NCBI GenBank assembly: GCA_003228685.1
Contig: QIFC01000096.1
Coordinates: forward strand, 49,309 to 113,308
DNA from: Chloroflexota bacterium
GTDB lineage: Bacteria; Chloroflexota; Dehalococcoidia; DSTF01; RBG-16-68-14
Length of the DNA stretch: 64,000 bases
Reading direction: 5' to 3'
Below are positions 17,456 to 25,441 of this stretch, one piece after another (positions within the stretch are counted from its first letter, which is position 1; every line of letters begins with the position of its first letter). The notes beneath the pieces were generated by a model. It was not told the DNA's origin. It did no database searches and was given only the letters and a program-made list of their open reading frames with translations. The translations under genes were made by a program, and so were the position numbers.

Positions 17456-18238
17456 TTAGCCGGCCGGCGTTCGCCCATTTGGTTGAAGGATGGGGAGATG
17501 AAGTAGCTCTGAAAGTTCGTCGATCACGAAGTCCGGCTCCACGTGATCGGTGTTGTTCTCGTCGATCTCGTGGTGCCTGTTCCAGACGCTCGTCATGCCG
17601 AGCACCTGCGCCCCCCGTACGTCGGCGATCAGCGAGTCGCCGACCATCACGGTCTCTTCCGGCGCGACGTCCATCGCTGTGAGCGCGTGTTCGTAGATTT
17701 TCGCGTGGGGCTTCATGTAGCCGAGGTCGCACGAGACGGACATCACTTCGAAGTAGTCGTCCAGTCCCAGGTCGGTGACCTCTTTCAGGAACGTCGATCC
17801 GCCGTACGGGCGGTTCGTCACGCAGCCGAACCGCAGCCCTCGGCTGCGAAGTTCGTCGAGCGTGTCGATGGCGTCATCAAAGAGGCGCCTTCCAAAGAAC
17901 GAGCCCTCAAGGTTCCACGTGTGCCACAGGTCGGCGCTCTGCTCCAGCGAGATGTCGAGGCCCTTCGTGGCGACGAGTGTTTGCACAAGCTCTGGGATGT
18001 CTGGGCTGACCTGGTCGCTCTCGTACGCCGCCTTGTCCGCGGCGCCGATGGCGAGGCGGATGTCCCGCCCCAGGAACCGCAGCTCGCCTTCCGGCTCGAC
18101 TCCCCACGTTCCCAGCAGTCCGTAGATGCGGCGAACGGTCTCCTTGCGGATCTCGTCGACAGGCGGGCGCTCCGGGATGTGCCAGAGCGTGTTGCCCAGA
18201 TCGAAGAGGACAGCCTTCTTCGCGGTAGTTGTAGCCAT
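17456..18238 (-). CDS. HAD family hydrolase (HAD-IA)
   Basis: Motif I VLFDLGNTL. Motif IV VGDSLIADVRGAQVLGMTSVW. Confidence 0.8.
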   Translation of the reverse strand: MATTTAKKAVLFDLGNTLWHIPERPPVDEIRKETVRRIYGLLGTWGVEPEGELRFLGRDIRLAIGAADKAAYESDQVSPDIPELVQTLVATKGLDISLEQSADLWHTWNLEGSFFGRRLFDDAIDTLDELRSRGLRFGCVTNRPYGGSTFLKEVTDLGLDDYFEVMSVSCDLGYMKPHAKIYEHALTAMDVAPEETVMVGDSLIADVRGAQVLGMTSVWNRHHEIDENNTDHVEPDFVIDELSELLHLPILQPNGRTPAG

Positions 18239-18415
18239 AGGCCACCATGCTACCGAACGCGCAGATGCGAGGGTAGGGTGCGGCGGCCGCGCTACTGGCG
18301 GTTCTGTTCGTAGGTGCGGCGCTGCCGGGTACCGGCGGGCTGCTGAATTCCGCGCGGTGCGGCGCTCTCTTGGGCTAGGGCGCCTCCCACCCTCTCCTAT
18401 CGTCTTCGGGCGAAA

Positions 18416-18880
18416 CTACAGTCCGAGCGACTCCCATCCGTTCAGGTAACCGTCTTCCCTAACTGCGAACGTCCGCATGGGATTGTCTTTGTGCCGTCGC
18501 CCGTTCCGTCCGGGGTTCGCCAACCATCCCGCGTATTCCTTCTTGACTTGGGCCGCGACGACCTTGCTTGGCACAACGTAGAAATCCGGCTGCTGACCAT
18601 CCTTCAGGTTGACGAACACGTAGAATAGGTTGTCGTCGAAGTATTCCTCCGCCTTTTTGGTGAGCAGCCACGCCTTACGCCGCCCTCGATTGGTCTTGAC
18701 CTGGATGCTCACTGACTTTGAAGCGTCGGCATTGGACGCCAGGATGTCGATGCCCTTTGTGTTCCGAAGGGTGATAGATGCGATGTAGCCCTGGCGCGAT
18801 AGCTCCGCCGCCACAAAGTATTCGCCGGACACGCCGGTCAGGATGCTCGAAATCGTGCGCTGCTGCGCCACTGAATCCAC
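18416..18880 (-). CDS. Standalone PD-(D/E)xK nuclease-superfamily protein (Hjc/restriction-endonuclease-like fold), hypothetical
   Basis: GEYFVAAEL (helix-1 Glu) ... GIDIL (Asp) ... SIQVKT ((E/Q)xK) occur in the canonical order and spacing of a PD-(D/E)xK core. 154 aa. Third-codon positions look more A/T-rich than in neighbours. Confidence 0.5.
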   Translation of the reverse strand: MDSVAQQRTISSILTGVSGEYFVAAELSRQGYIASITLRNTKGIDILASNADASKSVSIQVKTNRGRRKAWLLTKKAEEYFDDNLFYVFVNLKDGQQPDFYVVPSKVVAAQVKKEYAGWLANPGRNGRRHKDNPMRTFAVREDGYLNGWESLGL

Positions 18881-19032
18881 CTACCTTCCGTCTTATCTTC
18901 GACTCGCAGGGTCCTTCCCTGAAGTCAACACAGAAGCGCCTCGAAGGCCGACCCAGTGCGCTGGCGAGGGCAGCCGGTGCGCGGGATCGCGGCGCCTGGG
19001 CTGTGGCAAGCGTTGTCGACTCTGGGCTTTGT

Positions 19033-19836
19033 TTATTCCTCAGCTACTCGGCCATCATGCTCGAACGTCACGATGTACTTTTCCTTCGTTCGGCTTGCCC
19101 CAAGCAATAGGCTCAGTCCACCCGTCATGGCTGCGGGCGCAACCGTCCGACCGACGTTGATGTGACTGCCTGTGGTCGCAACGTTCTTGACAGTCCAGCC
19201 GAACGTGGACGCCGCCGCAACCTCGGTGTCCAACTTTGCGGGATCGTCATACCTTCCGATGTGCGCACCGACTCTTCCGCGCGGGGGATGCTTCCACCAT
19301 TGGTACGGTCCAAATGAGGCTCGTTCGCGTTTGCGTTCCAGTTCAAGCTCGCGTGCCCGTTCGCGAGCGCTTTCCAGGTCGCGAGCGCTTTCGAGGTCGA
19401 GTCCGCGTTCGCGTTCGAGTTCCATCACTTTCTCTTTCGCCTCTTCCACCCTTTGGTCTTTCGCCTCTTCCATCGCCTTGTTCCATGCTCGGACGAGTTC
19501 CGTTGGGCGTATCGCCAGCCACCAGGCCGCTTTCACTGGCCACCAGGCTGCCATCGCCAGCCATTTCGCGGATTGCCAAGCTGCCTTCAGCAGCCATTTA
19601 GCGGATCGCCAGGCTGTCACCGCCAGCCATTTAGCGGATCGCCAGGCTGTCACCGCCAGCCATCTCACGGATCGCCAGCCTGCTTCCGCCAGCCTGGTGA
19701 TCCAATGTCTCACTTTGTTCATTTGGATACACTTCCTCAGTGGATTATCGGCAGCCGCTCGTAGAGAATTGAGCCGCCCCGTGCTGAAGCGGCTCATGCG
19801 CAGATTGGGCATCATTTGTGGAGTAATGCTGGCCAC
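19033..19836 (-). CDS. Hypothetical protein with Trp-rich 11-residue amphipathic repeats, an acidic coiled-coil segment and a C-terminal beta-rich domain. Likely true start at ATG 19722, which is preceded by GAGGAAG.
   Basis: Repeats AGWRSVRWLAVTAWRSAKWLAVTAWRSAKWLLKAAWQSAKWLAMAAW are encoded by 33-bp tandem DNA repeats. They are followed by EEAKDQRVEEAKEKVMELERERGLDLESARDLESARERARELELERKRE and the C-terminal FGWTVKNVATTGSHINVGRTVAPAAMTGGLSLLLGASRTKEKYIVTFEHDG. Confidence 0.5.
   Translation of the reverse strand: MASITPQMMPNLRMSRFSTGRLNSLRAAADNPLRKCIQMNKVRHWITRLAEAGWRSVRWLAVTAWRSAKWLAVTAWRSAKWLLKAAWQSAKWLAMAAWWPVKAAWWLAIRPTELVRAWNKAMEEAKDQRVEEAKEKVMELERERGLDLESARDLESARERARELELERKRERASFGPYQWWKHPPRGRVGAHIGRYDDPAKLDTEVAAASTFGWTVKNVATTGSHINVGRTVAPAAMTGGLSLLLGASRTKEKYIVTFEHDGRVAEE
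19525..19690. repeat. 33-bp tandem repeat (about 5 copies, 2 identical) inside the 19033..19836 CDS
   Basis: CAGCCATTTAGCGGATCGCCAGGCTGTCACCGC is repeated at 19591 and 19624, with degenerate copies flanking. Confidence 0.8.
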
Positions 19837-19979
19837 ACAAGCGGAATCGTAGCTGTCAGCGGCAGCGGGGTAGTTTCAGACGATGCTGCACTTTGAAAGA
19901 CTTCGCCAGCGGCTAAGGTACGCTAAGGCTCCGAGCCGGAGACTGGCGGTTCTTGTCGCAGGTGGGGCCGCCGCGGCTT

Positions 19980-20796
19980 GGCGTCGGGCGTCCAGCTAGT
20001 AGCGGCCCGCGTTGCCGTCCTCGTGCGGCATCGGGCTCTGGTTCGAGGTGGCGGCGCCGCTCTTGGGCAGCAGGCCGAGCGTGAACAGCTCCCACAGGTC
20101 GTGGATCATGAAGTCGGCCTCCGGCTCCGGCGGCACCTCCTGCCGGCCGTTCAGCTTCCAGACGGTCGTCATGCCGAGCGCCTACGCGCCTACGATATCG
20201 ACGTCGAAAGCGTCACCGACAAACACACAGTCTGCGGCTCTCACATCGAGCAAGTCGAACGCGCGTTGGAACGGCTCGGGGCGTGGCTTGGGCCGCATCA
20301 GATCGGCGGAGAGCACGAACGCGTCGAAGAGGTCCGTAGGCAGGCCGATCGTGTGCAGCAGCCGTACGCGGATGTCGGCCGTGTAATAGCCATTCGAGAC
20401 GAGACCGACGGCAACCGGCATGTCTCGTAGCTTGTGGAGCGTGTCGAGCGTATCTGGGAAGAGCTGCCAGCCCCAGAGCGGCAGACCGACAGCCGATGCG
20501 TTCCAGAGCGCCTGCGCTTGTTCGGGGGTCGCATCGAAGCCGTGTTCGGCGAGGGCGCCGCGCGTGACGAACGGGCCGTCTACCTCCAGACCCCGCGCTC
20601 GCCGCTCATGCTGCGCTTCCTCCACGGCGCCGTAGAGTTCGTGTAGGAGCGTGAACGCGTCTAGCTCGGATCCCCATTGCCGCAGGAGCGGGGTCACGTG
20701 TTCCGCCATTGCGCCGTACAACGCGTCCTCATCCGGATCGTGAGCCTGGAAGATGAGCGTATCGCCGAAGTCGAACAGCACGGCGCGCACAGCCAT
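19980..20796 (-). pseudogene. HAD family hydrolase paralog interrupted by an in-frame TAG (amber) at 20182-20184
   Basis: 204-aa ORF ends ...FVGDAFDVDIVGA*. Reading through gives ALGMTTVWKLNGRQEVPPEPEADFMIHDLWELF..., collinear with the paralog 17456..18238 (GAQVLGMTSVWNRH...). The TAG sits where the paralog has CAG (Gln). Confidence 0.6.
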
Positions 20797-20877
20797 AACG
20801 GGATCGTATCGTATCTTCCTTGTTGGCCCTTTGGGCCAATGTTAGAATGGCCTTGGAGGTCAACAGCGGGGCAGATG

Positions 20878-21312
20878 GGCATGGATAACGACTTTGGTCT
20901 GAACCACGAGGAGATCATCAGGACGATCGACTCGGCGGAAGTGCTGACGTTCAGGTTTGTCGTCGTGGGCGAACGGCTGCTCTTCGACACGCGCTCATCC
21001 GAGATCGATCCGCCGCTAGTGAAGCTCGTGCCGCGCGCAACAAGCGTGGAAGATCGCTTCCGGGCGCTGAAGCAGTTGCGCCCGCGGTTCAAGCTGCCCA
21101 AGAAGATCAGCGCCATCTGGTGGCCTAATTCGATTGAGAGCATGGTCAGCAACGGCATCTGGGGCGCCATCGTCGAGCGCATAGACCGTGCCGGATTCTC
21201 GCAGGCCGCTGAAGAGTGTGGCGGTGTGCTCGAGGAATTGCGCGCCTCGGAGCGAAAAGAGCTGCAGAACGCGCTGACCGGCGAAGGCTATCAGTCTCTC
21301 TGGGAGAGATAG
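20878..21312 (+). CDS. Hypothetical protein (start taken at internal ATG to avoid overlap with the HAD gene)
   Basis: MDNDFGLNHEEIIRTIDSAEVLTFRFVVVGERLLFD... has no recognisable motif. Coding-like codon bias. Confidence 0.45.
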   Translation, partial: GMDNDFGLNHEEIIRTIDSAEVLTFRFVVVGERLLFDTRSSEIDPPLVKLVPRATSVEDRFRALKQLRPRFKLPKKISAIWWPNSIESMVSNGIWGAIVERIDRAGFSQAAEECGGVLEELRASERKELQNALTGEGYQSLWER

Positions 21313-21319
21313 CCTTTCA

Positions 21320-21688
21320 ATGCAGCGCGGGCGCTTTCTGAAACTCGTCCGGCGGGCCTTGGTGGACCTTCCCGAACCGTTCGCAAATGTTCTAGATAAC
21401 GTCGACATCCTCGTCGAAAAACGGCCCAACAAGCATCATCGGCAGAGCGTGGGTCTCGAGCCGGGAGAGACGCTCTTTGGGTTGTATGAAGGTGTGCCGC
21501 AAACAGAGCGCGACAGCGGCTACGGCATGGTCCTGCCCGACACGATCACGATTTTCCAAGAACCCCTGGAACGCGAGTTTCACGACGACGCGGAGCTGGT
21601 CGAAGAAGTGCGCATCACCGTGCTCCACGAACTGGCGCATCACTTCGGGATGTCGGACGCGGAACTAGAGCGGCTAGGCCTCGACTGA
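21320..21688 (+). CDS. Metallopeptidase family protein (zincin-like, HExxH)
   Basis: HELAHHFG zinc-binding motif. ~120-aa conserved small zincin-like family. Confidence 0.75.
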   Translation: MQRGRFLKLVRRALVDLPEPFANVLDNVDILVEKRPNKHHRQSVGLEPGETLFGLYEGVPQTERDSGYGMVLPDTITIFQEPLEREFHDDAELVEEVRITVLHELAHHFGMSDAELERLGLD

Positions 21689-21730
21689 GCCTACGTACAG
21701 AGACGCTCTCTTCAGGTCGATACTATACGC

Positions 21731-21952
21731 ATGACTGCCAATGTCAGCCTCATCTGGGAAGACGTGCGTTACGCAGCCGGGCTGCTGAGTGCGTTGGTTC
21801 GCGGCGAGCGCGCTCAGACGCTGGCGGAGTACAGTCTGCTGCTCACGCTGGTGGGCGTCGGCGTCGTCGTGCCGACGATGCTACTGTTTCGTACGGCGCT
21901 GGCCGGCGCGTTCTCAAGCGCAACAGATTGCATGACGAGAGTGACCTGCTAA
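21731..21952 (+). CDS. Flp/Fap family type IVb pilin (orphan)
   Basis: RAQTLAEYSLLLTLVGVGVV matches the Flp prepilin G-xxxx-EY + hydrophobic helix motif. The C-terminal LLFRTALAGAFSSATD resembles Flp tails. 73 aa. Confidence 0.5.
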   Translation: MTANVSLIWEDVRYAAGLLSALVRGERAQTLAEYSLLLTLVGVGVVVPTMLLFRTALAGAFSSATDCMTRVTC

Positions 21953-23433
21953 GGTCGCGTCAGGAACTGGCCTGACGGCGTCTTGCTCACCTCGCCGTTC
22001 TCCACCACCACCTGCCCGTTGACGATCACGTGCGAGATGCCGGACGGATATTGGCGCGGCTCGTCGTAGGTGGACTTCTCCGTGATTGTAGACGCGTCGA
22101 AGATGACGATGTCAGCCCAAGCGCCCTCACGTATCTCACCTCGGTCGGCCAACATGAACGTCTCGGCCGGCAATTGCGTCATCTTGCGGACGCCTTCTTC
22201 CAACGAAAAGAGCTTCTCGTTGCGCACGTAGCGCTCCAACACGCGCGGGAACGTGCCGTACAGCCTTGGATGGGGCTTGCCCGACGGCGACGGGATACCA
22301 TCCGAGCCGATCATGCACTGGGGATGCTTGAGCACACGCTGGACGTCGCCTTCGTCCATGATGAACATCACCGCGACAACGGCTTGGTCCTCGTCTCTGA
22401 GGAGCTTGGGGACGGCGTCTTCGACGGGCAGGTCCATGATGTCCGCGATCTCATCCAGCCGCTTGCCCTCGTACTCGTGCTGATACTTCACGGACGCGAC
22501 CATCACGTCGTGTGGGTCCATCGCCCGGATGAGGCGTCCGTTGCGTGTGAGGGCGGCCAGCGCTGTGCTAGCCGCCGTATAGGGGTACGCGTCCATTGTG
22601 ACTTGTACGCCGCGCGCTCGCGCTTCGTCAATCAGAGCGAGCGACTCTTTCGTGAGGCCCCAGTTATCGTGGCCGCTGGCCTTGTGGTGCGAGATCTGCA
22701 CGGCCGTGCCGGCCTCCTCGCCGATGCGGATCGCCTCTTGCACGGAGTCGAGTAGGCCATTCCCCTCATTGCGGATGTGGCTGACATACAGGCCGCAGCA
22801 CTCTGCCACCACGCGATTGAGTTCGATCAGTTCTTCCGTCTTCGCGAAGGCGCCTGGCACGTACATCAGGCCCGTCGATAGGCCCAGGGCGCCGGCCGCC
22901 ATGCCCTCAGCGAGATGTTCCTTCATCTTGCCAAGTTCAGCGTCCGTTGGGGCGCGGTGCTCCCAGCCCATAGTGCTGACGCGGAGCGTTCCGTGGGGCA
23001 CCAGGAACGCCGCGTTCGGTACCGGCTTTGCTCCACGCACGGCGTCGTAGAACTCGCCAATCGTGCTCCACGAGAAGTTCTCCACGGGCCCGAGAACGCC
23101 CTCGATGCCGCGCGCGAAAAACTCCTGTACGTGTTCGTTCGCGGGGGCGGCACCCAGGCCGCAGTTGCCGCACACGACCGTCGTGACGCCCTGCGCCGTC
23201 TTGAAATCGAGGGAAGGCGTGTTGAGCAGGGCAATGTCGTCGTGGCAATGGACATCGATGAACCCCGGCGCGACCGACCAGTCCCTGGCGTCGATCTCCT
23301 GGTCCGCATCGCCCCTGACTTCGCCGAGCACAACGATACGGCCGTCCTTGACGGCTAGGTCGGCAGCTCTGGCCGGTGCGCCCGTACCGTCGATGACGCT
23401 TCCATTGCGGATGAGTAGGTCAAATTGAGCCAT
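21949..23433 (-). CDS. N-acyl-D-amino-acid deacylase (D-aminoacylase) family amidohydrolase
   Basis: LLIRNGSVIDGTG...APGFIDVHCHDD, the metal-binding HxH of the amidohydrolase superfamily. 494 aa. Confidence 0.85.
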   Translation of the reverse strand: MAQFDLLIRNGSVIDGTGAPARAADLAVKDGRIVVLGEVRGDADQEIDARDWSVAPGFIDVHCHDDIALLNTPSLDFKTAQGVTTVVCGNCGLGAAPANEHVQEFFARGIEGVLGPVENFSWSTIGEFYDAVRGAKPVPNAAFLVPHGTLRVSTMGWEHRAPTDAELGKMKEHLAEGMAAGALGLSTGLMYVPGAFAKTEELIELNRVVAECCGLYVSHIRNEGNGLLDSVQEAIRIGEEAGTAVQISHHKASGHDNWGLTKESLALIDEARARGVQVTMDAYPYTAASTALAALTRNGRLIRAMDPHDVMVASVKYQHEYEGKRLDEIADIMDLPVEDAVPKLLRDEDQAVVAVMFIMDEGDVQRVLKHPQCMIGSDGIPSPSGKPHPRLYGTFPRVLERYVRNEKLFSLEEGVRKMTQLPAETFMLADRGEIREGAWADIVIFDASTITEKSTYDEPRQYPSGISHVIVNGQVVVENGEVSKTPSGQFLTRP

Positions 23434-23520
23434 GGCGCGGCAAGCCTACCGCAGGTCACATGAGCGGAGCAACAGGGCTGGGCGTCTGGCGTGGCTGTAC
23501 GCCGGGTGGCCTAGGCTTTG

Positions 23521-23577
23521 GCTGCCCGGCCTCGAATTAGGCTGCCCGGCCTCGCATTAGGCCGCCCGGCTCTTGCC
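23521..23577. repeat. 20-bp tandem repeat, ~2.8 copies (GCTGCCCGGCCTCG[A/C]ATTAG)
   Basis: Read in the sequence. Overlaps the 3' end of the HD-GYP gene. Confidence 0.6.
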
Positions 23578-25290
23578 GGGGTAGGCGGCCGGACTGGCGA
23601 CCTGGCTCGCGAGAATCTGGCCGATGGCGCCCTCGTCGCTAAGCGCGCAAAATGCTTCGACGACCTGCGGAGAGAACTGCCTGCCGCGATGCGCCTCGAT
23701 CTCATGCAGGGCCTGTTCCGCGGGCCAGGCCTGCTTGTAGGGCCGCGTCGATGTGAGAGCGTCGAACACGTCCGCGACTGTCACGATCTGCACCGCAAGC
23801 GGGATCTCGTCGCCGGAGATGCCGTCGGGGTAGCCGCTGCCGTCCCATCGTTCGTGGTGCCAACGCGCAATCTCCAGAGCGACCTGCGGGATGTCGGAGT
23901 GAATGAGAATCTCTTCGCCGTAGAGCGGGTGCTGCCGGATGATGGCCCACTCTTGTTCGTCGAGTTTGGCGGGCTTCAGGAGGATCGCGTCCGGCACGCG
24001 GAGCTTGCCGACGTCGTGGAGGATCGCACCGAAACGCAGCGCTTCCGCATCGTCCGGCGGCAGGGCTAACTTCCCGGCCAGCGCGCTCGTGTACGCTTCG
24101 ATGTTCTTGAGGTGGTGGCCCGTGAACGGGTCTCGCGCTTCCGCCGCGTAGGCAAGCGTGTGCAGCGTCGCGTGGTGGCTCGTCGTCAGTCTGGTGTGCG
24201 ATTCCTGCAACTCATCGAACAGCCGCACGCTTTTCAGAATTGCGGCGATGTGGCTGGCTAATGCTGTGAACACCCGCAGGTGCTCCCACGTCTCGGTCTC
24301 GCCGAACGAGCTGCAGACTCGCAGCGTCCCTAGGTACTCATCGCCGTACCTCAGCGGGACCTGCACGAGGAAGAGGATGTTGTTCTGAAGAATCCAGCGC
24401 CTGCTGGGCTCTTCCATCGTTGAGAGCTGGGCGGGGTTGGCGAACACAATTGGGCCGTGGCGCCCTTCGAAAAAGAGAGACGTCTCGTTCAGGTACTCAT
24501 CCGTCGCGAAGTGTTGGGCTGACCAGTCCCCGTACTCTTCAGAGTAGGCCGACTCATGAAACGCGACGGCGGCAGCGTTGGCGGCATGTTCGGTCTTGGC
24601 TCCCCGGACGGCCAGGCCGATAGATGCGAAGCCGGTCGCCTCCCGGGCGCGCGTGACAACGGCTTGCAGGCGCTCCGCGAATGGGCGCTGCTGGGTGAGA
24701 ATGCTGCTCAACTCTTCGAGGAGGTGCAGTTCGTCGGCGTCGCTAAGGGCCCAGGCGCGGCCAACCGTCTGCTGCAGCGCGAGCGATGCGAGCTGGCTGA
24801 TCGCTCGTATCAATTCCTTGCTGGGCGGATTGCTGCCGTGCTCCGGCGAACCGAACATCCAGAGCAGCCCCACGGTCTCGTCGTCTTGGTAGAGTTCGAT
24901 GGCCGTAGACCACGTGTCCTCATGTAGCAACTCAAACACCTGAAGGGGCAGCTTCTCGCTGCCGTTCCACTCCGCCATCGACAGCGATTCGCCCCCGGTC
25001 CCCATCTGGCGTACGGTCTCGACGCCAACCGTCTTTTCGGTATAGGCCTGGATGAAGGCGTCGCGCAGCGGGTCGGTGCGGAAACAGACCGCAATCGAGC
25101 CGTCTTCCTCGCCGCGAGTAGGGAAGATGCCGCAGGCGTCCAGCTTGAGTGTTGTTCCTACCGCGTCGATGATCTGCTGCGGGGTTGGGTTCGTGCCTGC
25201 GGACTTGTTGAGAGCCAACAGCAAGCGGCCGCTGGCCTGGACATTCCAGCGCTGATTGCCGTTATTTCGTGATCGTTTGGTTCTACGCAT
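23557..25290 (-). CDS. GAF-domain-containing HD-GYP phosphodiesterase
   Basis: HD motif AILHDVGK, HHERWDGSGYP (the HD-GYP signature), N-terminal GAF-like regions. Confidence 0.85.
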   Translation of the reverse strand: MRRTKRSRNNGNQRWNVQASGRLLLALNKSAGTNPTPQQIIDAVGTTLKLDACGIFPTRGEEDGSIAVCFRTDPLRDAFIQAYTEKTVGVETVRQMGTGGESLSMAEWNGSEKLPLQVFELLHEDTWSTAIELYQDDETVGLLWMFGSPEHGSNPPSKELIRAISQLASLALQQTVGRAWALSDADELHLLEELSSILTQQRPFAERLQAVVTRAREATGFASIGLAVRGAKTEHAANAAAVAFHESAYSEEYGDWSAQHFATDEYLNETSLFFEGRHGPIVFANPAQLSTMEEPSRRWILQNNILFLVQVPLRYGDEYLGTLRVCSSFGETETWEHLRVFTALASHIAAILKSVRLFDELQESHTRLTTSHHATLHTLAYAAEARDPFTGHHLKNIEAYTSALAGKLALPPDDAEALRFGAILHDVGKLRVPDAILLKPAKLDEQEWAIIRQHPLYGEEILIHSDIPQVALEIARWHHERWDGSGYPDGISGDEIPLAVQIVTVADVFDALTSTRPYKQAWPAEQALHEIEAHRGRQFSPQVVEAFCALSDEGAIGQILASQVASPAAYPGKSRAA

Positions 25291-25441
25291 ATAGTGGAAT
25301 CCCCTAGGGAGTATCGGTATTGCCGGCCGGCCACTTGAACGTAGAAATTGATAAAGGTGTCAGTGTTGCTAGCGGGTGCTGTGAACTACGCTGGAAGGCG
25401 GCTACAATCGAATCAGCACTCTTGCGTGTGGGAGGTGTAGG

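Noticed and set aside
19320-19700. Possible CRISPR-like periodicity
   Set aside because: Tandem, in-frame coding repeats (W-repeat and LESARD-repeat protein) with no unique spacers. No cas genes in the window.
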